Of a DNA stretch of 64,000 bases, positions 10,054 to 18,200 are shown piece after piece. Source of the DNA: a virus (lineage: Duplodnaviria > Caudoviricetes). The notes under the pieces were generated by a model. That model was not told the DNA's origin. It saw nothing but the letters and a program-made list of their open reading frames with translations, and searched no databases. The stretch is taken from positions 32,001 through 96,000 of the IMG/VR virus record IMGVR_UViG_3300032324_000909. The stretch is one strand, 5' to 3'. The position numbers and the translations under genes were made by a program. The first letter of the stretch is position 1. Each line of letters begins with the position of its first letter.

Positions 10054-10491
10054 ATGGATTTATTAACACTGGGCGAAAAAAATGCATATAGTCAAGTATT
10101 TGTTAATATACATGATACTTTTTCTAGGCCTATTATAGTATGGAAAATACCAAATAGGACAATTATATCCACAACTCAAAACTATAATTTTTTATATCAA
10201 GAACAGCCAGATATTGACCAGTCTTTTGTTCCATCAAGTGGCGTCTTTAATGCCCGCATAAAGTGGAGTGATCAAGCTATTACACACGACCAAAAAGATA
10301 TAAGAGAAAACATACTTGGAAATACTTGTAGAATCAAAGTTCAGGCCGATGCTGTTGCCTATATAAGTGGTTCGGAAAAAATAGAAATAGATGGAAGGGC
10401 ATTTAGTTTAGTTAGTGCAAATAAAATAGGTAAATCACATGGTCTATTCACTGGTGATTTCTATACTTTATATTTAGAGGAGTCGCTATAA
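10054..10491 (+). CDS. Putative head-closure (stopper) protein
   Basis: Position; beta-rich with KIEIDGRAF motif typical of stoppers. Confidence 0.5.
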   Translation: MDLLTLGEKNAYSQVFVNIHDTFSRPIIVWKIPNRTIISTTQNYNFLYQEQPDIDQSFVPSSGVFNARIKWSDQAITHDQKDIRENILGNTCRIKVQADAVAYISGSEKIEIDGRAFSLVSANKIGKSHGLFTGDFYTLYLEESL

Positions 10492-11069
10492 TGGCAAAGG
10501 GTACGATAAATCTCAAGCAACTTAATAGGGAAATTTTTTCCGATAAGGAGCTTCAGGCATATATACAAACACAAGCAGAGAAAATTCTTGTGGTAAATAA
10601 AAACAATTTACAAAAAGAGTTTAATGATCATCCAGTTACTAAGGAAATTCAGGCTGGGCCAGATACTTTAAATTCTTCGGGTACTTTGGGTGGGATAGGA
10701 AATTTATTTTCATTTATAGGTTTTAATAGGGGATCAAATCCAATAAAACCAGTTAGTGATTTAATCAGTAAAATAACATTAGGTAAATTATCAAAGACAA
10801 GCGATGATGGAGTGTTTACTTTTACCGTTAATATACCTGCAAAGTCAGAGTTTGAAGCGGTTACTAAAATGCCTTGGGAGACTGGTAGGAGTTGGTTGTA
10901 TGATGTAGAGAGATCGATATCTGGCTTGGGTCAGTATCTTTATGGTAAATATAATAAATCAAGATCTGGCTCTGGAGTACAATCCGAAAAAAGTGTAAGA
11001 AGTACGGGTTTTAAGCCCGTGCCATACTTTTCTAGTATGCTTGAAAACTTCGTAAAAAGACTAAAATGA
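10491..11069 (+). CDS. Putative neck/tail completion protein
   Basis: Position between stopper and terminator; C-terminal KPVPYF. Confidence 0.45.
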   Translation: MAKGTINLKQLNREIFSDKELQAYIQTQAEKILVVNKNNLQKEFNDHPVTKEIQAGPDTLNSSGTLGGIGNLFSFIGFNRGSNPIKPVSDLISKITLGKLSKTSDDGVFTFTVNIPAKSEFEAVTKMPWETGRSWLYDVERSISGLGQYLYGKYNKSRSGSGVQSEKSVRSTGFKPVPYFSSMLENFVKRLK

Positions 11070-11920
11070 AACCTACTTATTTAAATAGTTTAACATCTAG
11101 TTTTTATTTATGGTTAGACCATGAAATGCTTTATAATGGAGAGGCCTTTCAGAATTTTAGTGGTAAGTTATATTTATCTCAAGACCCAACTTTTTCACAA
11201 AATACAATTTATGGCTCGCCTTTTAAGCAGTGGGTTTTAGACACTAGTGTACAGAACGCCTTGGTTCCTAGTGGCGTTTTTTCAAGTGGCAGTTTTATTC
11301 CTAGAGGGGTAAGTGGAACTGCTTTAGATTTTAATAGAGGAAGAGTGTTATTTAATAATACGGTATCTCAAAATTTACAAAACTTATCTATTGCCTATTC
11401 TTTTAAGGAATTCAATCTGTACTATACAGATGAAAAAGAAGAAAACTTACTATTTGAGAAAAGATATGACCCAATGCCGAAAGTAACTAGAGTTACTGGC
11501 GCATTAGCTTGGAATGATGATCCATATCCCTGTATATTCTTTAAGAATACAAGTATTCAAAATAAACCATTTGCTTTTGGTGGGCAGGATAATACGATGA
11601 GTTCTATGAGATGTGTTATTTTGGCGGAGAACATATATTCGCTAGATGGTGCAATTTCTATTATGGCGGATAGTGCTAGAAAAACATTCCCACTAGTATC
11701 ACCGCAAAAATTACCATATAATATATATGGAGATTTAAAATCTGGATTATCTAGTTATAATTATTTTGATTTATGTACTGGACAAAATGATTGGGTTTAC
11801 GTAGATAGGGTGACTGTTTCTAGATTGTCTGAAACAGAAAATAAAAAAATGAATAGCAAGTTAGTGGCGGCAATCGTTGACTTCGAGCTATCTGACGTAA
11901 GAACCCCAAGATTTAATTAA
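11066..11920 (+). CDS. Putative tail terminator protein
   Basis: Immediately upstream of tail tube; YPCIF motif. Confidence 0.45.
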   Translation: MKPTYLNSLTSSFYLWLDHEMLYNGEAFQNFSGKLYLSQDPTFSQNTIYGSPFKQWVLDTSVQNALVPSGVFSSGSFIPRGVSGTALDFNRGRVLFNNTVSQNLQNLSIAYSFKEFNLYYTDEKEENLLFEKRYDPMPKVTRVTGALAWNDDPYPCIFFKNTSIQNKPFAFGGQDNTMSSMRCVILAENIYSLDGAISIMADSARKTFPLVSPQKLPYNIYGDLKSGLSSYNYFDLCTGQNDWVYVDRVTVSRLSETENKKMNSKLVAAIVDFELSDVRTPRFN

Positions 11921-11978
11921 TTCTATAGTGTCTATTTTAGGTAGATGAATGTAATTAATAGTAACCTTTTAAAACTTT

Positions 11979-13070
11979 ATGCCAAGAAATCGTACAATAT
12001 ATAATGTGTTATCACTCTTTGCGGGGCAAGTTACTGGTAGCGCTACAGGTCAACATACTGGAGTTGGTGCTATCAAGCAACTAACTCGTGTTCAATCTTT
12101 TGATGAAGACTTTTCAAGAAACTTCACTGATGTTAACCAATATGGAAATCTTGCCGCTATAGACCGTGTTGAAGTTGAAGCACCAACCGTAAGTTCTAGT
12201 TTCAGTTACTATCCTACAGATGGCAGTAATGAAAAATATCTTGGATTAACTGTAACAACTGGTTCGCAGGCAGCAGTTTCTTGCTTATCGGGTATCTTGA
12301 ACAAGACAAGTGACGAAAAGAATTACTTCCTCTTGATTGCTGACGAAGGAAATGATGCCGTTGGGTATGCTGGAACACGCAGTGGAGTTATAGGTGTTGG
12401 AAATGCTTTCATTACCTCCTATTCGATAGAAGGTGCCGTGGGTGATATCCCAACTACAAGTGTTGACTTAGAGGCCCTAAATATTAGAGTTTATTCAGAT
12501 ATTACTGCATCAACTGTAATCCCAGCTATTAATGCAGCTAATGGTCAGCCAGTTACAGGATCGTTTTTCAAGTTGCCAGTTGCAAGCACTAATGACAATG
12601 CTTCACAAGTAACAGCCCTACAGCCCGGAGATATTACTTTAAATATTGATGGTTTAACTGGGGTTAATATGAATGATTTAAAGATTCAGAGTTTTACATT
12701 AAGTTTTGATCTAGGCAGAACCCCGCTACAAAGACTTGGTAATAGATTTGCCTTCTCTCGTGAAATTGATTTCCCTGTAGAGGCGACTCTTTCTGTAGAC
12801 GCAATTCTTGGGGATTTACAAGATGGTAATTTAGCAGATATGATCTGTCAGACTGGAACTTATGACTTATCTGTTATCATGAGAAAGCCAGCATGTGGAG
12901 CACTAGGAACACCTGCATTAGCCTATACGCTAAAGGGTGCTAAAGTAAATTCACAATCGATCTCTACCGCGATTGGTGATAATGCCACATTTACTGCAGA
13001 ATATCAGGTACAAATTGGCGGACCTCAGGATTTAGATAGAGGCGTTTTCATCTCTGGAAGTTACATTTAA
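11979..13070 (+). CDS. Major tail tube protein
   Basis: Beta-rich, apparently two tube-like domains, own ATGTAA promoter variant at 11949, followed by terminator and chaperones. Confidence 0.7.
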   Translation: MPRNRTIYNVLSLFAGQVTGSATGQHTGVGAIKQLTRVQSFDEDFSRNFTDVNQYGNLAAIDRVEVEAPTVSSSFSYYPTDGSNEKYLGLTVTTGSQAAVSCLSGILNKTSDEKNYFLLIADEGNDAVGYAGTRSGVIGVGNAFITSYSIEGAVGDIPTTSVDLEALNIRVYSDITASTVIPAINAANGQPVTGSFFKLPVASTNDNASQVTALQPGDITLNIDGLTGVNMNDLKIQSFTLSFDLGRTPLQRLGNRFAFSREIDFPVEATLSVDAILGDLQDGNLADMICQTGTYDLSVIMRKPACGALGTPALAYTLKGAKVNSQSISTAIGDNATFTAEYQVQIGGPQDLDRGVFISGSYI

Positions 13071-13097
13071 TTAATAAAAATTAAACTATAATTATAG

Positions 13098-13129
13098 TGG
13101 GCACCGTAAAAGGTGCCCATTATTTTTTT
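13098..13129 (+). terminator. Rho-independent terminator after tail tube gene
   Basis: TGGGCACC-GTAAAA-GGTGCCCA then T tract. Confidence 0.9.
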
Positions 13130-13133
13130 ATAG

Positions 13134-13176
13134 GTGTAATTATATTTGGTATAATAAGGTATACAAAGGTAAAAGG
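13134..13176 (+). promoter_or_regulatory. GTGTAA promoter plus leader with repeated (AA)GGTA
   Basis: GTGTAA at 13134; GGTA at 13148, 13158, 13168. Confidence 0.55.
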
Positions 13177-13401
13177 ATGAGTTTTGATATTAATAATTTT
13201 GTCATTGGCGCGACCTCACGTGAGGTGAAAAAGCTATACTTGTCACTTCTATACACAATAGAAGATTTGAAAAATAAAGATAAGATAAGCGAAGAAGATT
13301 TTCAATATACCAGAAAGCGTATATTAGATTATGGAAATAACTGCATTCGTAATATGGAAGAACAGTTAGATAATTTTGATTTCACGTTTAAACAGAAATA
13401 G
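13177..13401 (+). CDS. Small hypothetical protein in tail assembly region
   Basis: 74-aa helical ORF directly after late promoter. Confidence 0.7.
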   Translation: MSFDINNFVIGATSREVKKLYLSLLYTIEDLKNKDKISEEDFQYTRKRILDYGNNCIRNMEEQLDNFDFTFKQK

Positions 13402-13409
13402 TATATTAT

Positions 13410-14171
13410 ATGCAACAAAATAACAAGAAATGGTATTATAAATTTAGTACTGAAAAAGAAGTAAAAAACTCGGACGGAACCTCTAATAAGGAAGTTTTAA
13501 ATTTTGCTCTGCTTAAACCAAATAGGAGACTGCGTGAGGATGGCGAATTATTTTTTGCTAGTGAAGTTTCTAGGTTTGCAAAAGCTGGCGTTTTACCAAA
13601 GGCCGCTTGGAATACAATTTTGTCAAATGGTGGTGGAAGCATAAGCGAGCAAGATAGGGAAGTATATGGAGAACTATTAACCGCATTTCGTGATAAGACT
13701 TTTGACATTCAGTCTCTTTTGATTAAGACCGATGGTGTTCGTACGGAAGAAGACAAGCAATTATTAAATAAACTAACAACAGAATTAGATGAGGTTAGAA
13801 GGCAAATTCAATCTTTTGAAAGTGCGCAGATTAATATTTTTGAAAACACTGCCGAAGCAAAGGCTAGAAATCGCACTATCCTATGGTGGATTACAAATCT
13901 ACTTTATCAAGAAAAGGGCACTGATTTTGCTAAATTCTTTGACAAGAATACGTTAGATGAAAATCTTGATAGATATGATGAGATTGAAGAGTCCGACGAC
14001 GAGGCATTACAATCATCAATTAGACGTGTTTCTTACCTAATTACTTTATGGTTCCTAGGTCGCGCAGAAACCGAAGAAGACTTCAAGGAACTAGATGAGG
14101 CCGCTAATAAACAGCCAGATAAAACCGAAACTAAGGAGTTGGAAAATACCACCCCTGAAGGTAACTCTTAA
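13410..14171 (+). CDS. Putative tail assembly chaperone
   Basis: Acidic helical protein between tail tube and tape measure. Confidence 0.5.
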   Translation: MQQNNKKWYYKFSTEKEVKNSDGTSNKEVLNFALLKPNRRLREDGELFFASEVSRFAKAGVLPKAAWNTILSNGGGSISEQDREVYGELLTAFRDKTFDIQSLLIKTDGVRTEEDKQLLNKLTTELDEVRRQIQSFESAQINIFENTAEAKARNRTILWWITNLLYQEKGTDFAKFFDKNTLDENLDRYDEIEESDDEALQSSIRRVSYLITLWFLGRAETEEDFKELDEAANKQPDKTETKELENTTPEGNS

Positions 14172-14176
14172 GCGAT

Positions 14177-15196
14177 GTGGATAAATCTACAGAGTACGGC
14201 AGGATTTATAATGAAATAGCCTGTGGGTTTTCCAAGAAAACGATAAATGGTGTAGACTATTTCTTTAAACACCCAAGTCAAGCCGAGCACTTTAGTATAT
14301 ATGATAGGTATGATGTAATCTATAAAGATGCAAAAAATCGCGGCTTAGAGACAGAAGCAGAGAAGTTGGAAAGAGCTATTGCTGAAGGGTGGTGGTCGTC
14401 ACAAAACGAAGTTACCATAGATTTCTTAAAAAAGACTGTTAAAAACTTATATAAAACAAAAGAAAAGTTATTATATAAATCGCAAAAAGAAGATATTCAA
14501 AAACAGATAGTTAGAAATGAAAGGGTGTTACTTACTTACCATAAGCAAAGAAATGAGGTTGTGGGCTATACTTTGGAGAAGTATGCTAACGATAAATTTT
14601 ATGATGAAACAATCTTGAAATTAACCTATAAAAACGAAGGTTTGACAGAAAGGGTGTTCGAGTCAGAGAATGATTATTATTATTTATCTGAAGACGTTGT
14701 GGAGGATATACGGACGGGTTTTAATGGACATATATCAAGATTAAGTCTAGAAAATATCAGATTAGTATCTGCTTGTATGTTTTTTCAAAATTTAATTTAT
14801 ATTACAGACTGTATTCCCATGAATTTTTGGGGTAAGGCGACGGCTCTTTGTACAAAGTATCAAATAGATTTACTTATTTATGGTAAAATGTTTAAAAATA
14901 TAATACAAAATTCTGCGGAGGGTGGCAAACCGATCAATGATGAAATACTGTCTGATCCAGAAAGGCTTGTGTCTTGGGTGGATTCACAATCTAGTGGTTC
15001 TAGCGCAAAAAGTAAACAAAACTTAAAAAATAGTTCTACCAGAGTAACTGGTCATGTTGGCGCCACCCAATCAGATTTAAGGGACTTGGGAGTAAAGGTT
15101 GAAAAAATTGGCGGTAAAAGTTTATTACAGTTGGCCGAAGAAAGTGGTGGTACACTTGAAAAATCCGAATATCTTAATGCGCGTGATAAGTTGTAA
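14177..15196 (+). CDS. Putative second tail assembly chaperone
   Basis: Position immediately upstream of tape measure. Confidence 0.45.
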   Translation: MDKSTEYGRIYNEIACGFSKKTINGVDYFFKHPSQAEHFSIYDRYDVIYKDAKNRGLETEAEKLERAIAEGWWSSQNEVTIDFLKKTVKNLYKTKEKLLYKSQKEDIQKQIVRNERVLLTYHKQRNEVVGYTLEKYANDKFYDETILKLTYKNEGLTERVFESENDYYYLSEDVVEDIRTGFNGHISRLSLENIRLVSACMFFQNLIYITDCIPMNFWGKATALCTKYQIDLLIYGKMFKNIIQNSAEGGKPINDEILSDPERLVSWVDSQSSGSSAKSKQNLKNSSTRVTGHVGATQSDLRDLGVKVEKIGGKSLLQLAEESGGTLEKSEYLNARDKL

Positions 15197-15197
15197 A

Positions 15198-15235
15198 GTG
15201 TAAATAAGTGTGAGTGAAATCACTCGGAACAAGGT
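15198..15235 (+). promoter_or_regulatory. GTGTAA promoter, leader hairpin and AAGGT before tape measure start
   Basis: GTGTAA 15198; GAGTGA-aa-TCACTC 15212-15225; AAGGT-ATG. Confidence 0.55.
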
Positions 15236-18200
15236 ATGGCCGCACAAGCAACAATTAATATTAATGCCAATGTATCGTCAGCGCAGGCTGCAATACAAAA
15301 ACTAGTTAATCAACAGTATAATCTTAATTTAAATTTAAGTACTAAGGGAAACCAGCCATTAGGTAGAATTACTGGACAACTTTCTGAATTTAATAAATCC
15401 TTAGATGCGGCAAACGCGCGTGTTGTTGCTTTCGGTGCTAGTGCAACTATTTTATATGGTTTAAACAAAGCTTTCGAGTCGTTAATAACATCTACTATCG
15501 AAGTACAAAAATATCTTGCAGATATTAATGTAATTTTAAATGTTTCTGATAAACAGATAAGTAAATTTGGCGACTCTCTTTTTAATGTTGCAAAAAATAC
15601 CGGCCAGTCGTTTGCGGAAGTTGCAAAGGCGGCTACAGAATTTTCACGTCAGGGTCTTGGCGTAGAAGAGACCTTAAAACGTACTAGCGAGGCCCTAATT
15701 TTATCAAGATTAAGTGGTTTAGATACGGTAAAGAGCGTTGAGGCGTTAACGGCAGCTGTTAACAGTTTTGCTTCTCAATCTGTAACTGCAACGCAAATAG
15801 TTAATAAGTTTGCAACAGTTGATGCGGCATTCGCGGTTAGTTCCGCTGACTTGGCAGAGGCAATTAGTCGTGTTGGTAGCAGTGCTTCGCAATCTGGTGT
15901 TCAGTTAGATGAACTTATTGGTTTGGTTACCTCTGCACAGCAGACAACTGCCCGTGGTGGTGCAGTTATTGGTAACTCATTTAAGACAATTTTTACAAGG
16001 CTTCAGCGTGGTAAGGTTGTTGACTTGCTTGGTAGTCTCGGTATTGAAACCACGGATGCAAGTGGTCAACTAAGATCAACTATTGATTTATTAAAAGATC
16101 TTGGAAGGGTTTATGATACTCTTGGCTCTCAACAACAGGCTTCGGTTGCTGAAGCTGTCGGTGGTGTTTTCCAGATTAACATTTTAAAGGCCGCTTTATC
16201 TGATTTGGGTAAAGAGTATTCTATTTATAATAATGCCGTTCAAATATCTTCTACGGCAACAAACGAAGCTACTGTAAGAAATGATCAATTAAACAAAACT
16301 TTAGCTGCGCAAGTTAACGCCCTAAAGCAAAATGCAACCCAGTTTGCCGCAAAATCTGGAGAGTCTCTTTTTGGCCCAGCGCTAGAAAATTTAGTTGGTG
16401 GTGGAAATAGTTTGTTAGAGTCTTTAAATAATGTAGATAGCGAAAGTGTTGGTGGCAAAATTGGAAATGGCATCTTAAAGGGGCTAGGAGATATTATCGC
16501 TGGTCCCGGTTTGGCACTTGTTGGTGGTGTTTTATTAAAACTTTTTGGAGACTTCGCGAAATTTTCAGCAGGAAGTGTGAAGGAGTTGCTAGGTTTAAAC
16601 GCAACGGCATCTCAACAGCAAGGTATTCAAGCTAGTATTTCTGCAATATTAGCAAAAAATCCACAGTTGTATCAACAAATGGCAAGTGGGGCAATGAGTG
16701 TCAATCAGGCTTCTCAAGTTTTATTAACAGTTCTTCAGCAACAAACTACACAAATGCAGCAACAGGCCGCATTAACTTCCCAAATATCAAAAAATTTATT
16801 TGGCGCTGGTGTTAGAGTTCCAAAGGGCAGTCAAGTCCCAGTAACTACAAAAGCCGCTGGTTATATTCCAAATTTTGCTGATCAGTACGCAATGGAAGAA
16901 GCTCAAGCTAAAGCATTAGGTGCTAAAAATCCAAGGGCGCAATTAAGTAGAGGAACTATTGATGGTAAGAAATTTATTAAGAATAGTGAAGAAGTGGAAA
17001 TACCAAGATTTGGTAAAAATGGTGATTCTGCTGTTATTCCAATGTATGGTCGTGGATATATTCCTAATTTTGCAGAATCTAATGCAAAAACTAGTATAAA
17101 CTCTAATGCAAGCGTGTTAGTTCCAGAATATGGAACATTTCCGAACGCAAATTCAGTTGGAAAAAATAATAGAGATATATTAGTAACGGATATACCAATC
17201 CGTGGATATACAAAGGGCGCAGTAAAACCAGCTGGTAATTTAAATGAGTTGATAAAAAAACAAGGATTACAGACAGTTGCTGATTATATAAAAACTTTAC
17301 AACCACTTGGTCAGGGTGTTGATGAATCAGTTCTGAGTCAGAGTTTTTTAAGTGAAAAAGATGGTGGGTCTAGGGGTGCTTATGGCGCTTTGCAGGGTTT
17401 TGTTGGGTCTGCGTTTGAAGTTGCTATATCTAAATCGTTAGATTATATAGCGGCAAAATCTACAGCAAATATGGCAGATTTTGACGTAAGGGGTGGACAA
17501 AACGCTGATAAATTAAAACAATTATTTGGTTATGCTGGAAATCTTGCTGATTTTAAAGTATCCGCATCTTCTGGTAATCTTTTAAGTTTTGCTGATAAAG
17601 TTATTAAAGAAAGGGGTGGTAGAGATGCCATACTTGGAAGCAGTGCCGAACAGCGAACGAAAAGAAAAGCACCCGGTAAGCCAGCAAGAAGAAAGCCCGG
17701 ATTTGCAAGTGGCTATATTCCTAACTTTGCAAATGCCTTAAACGAATCAATATCACGCGAAATTGGCGCTGGAGTACCGAAGAGCGGCATATATACCAGA
17801 CAGTATCCAGAGCTAGTAAATTCTAGTAATCCAATGGGTGTTGGCGTGTTTAACAAGCGAGACGAGGGCTCTACCTCAGCCGATAAACGCGCGATGTCAA
17901 ATCGTGGTTATGCAAAGGGATATATACCAAATTTTGCAGAGGGAGATGGTACTAGTATTAGTTCAACTGTTACAGCTGTTGGCGCGCAACTTACAAGTTT
18001 TGCAACACTGCTAGCTTTTCAAATTCCAAATGTCAAGCGCTCGTATCAAGAAGAAATTGCCACAAGAAAAGCGGCTTTAATACAGGTTACTACCGAAGAA
18101 ATTTCCCAGAGGCGTGAGGCGGCAAAACAATTAAGCGCAACACAGACGCAGGAAAGAAATCAGCTTGCCCAAGAAATTAAAGACAGGCGCGCAAAACTAA

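Noticed and set aside
14140-14180. Programmed -1 frameshift between tail chaperones
   Set aside because: No convincing XXXYYYZ slippery site near the stop; the second ORF has its own GTG start
11979-15196. Contractile tail sheath
   Set aside because: No sheath-sized gene or motifs between neck and tape measure
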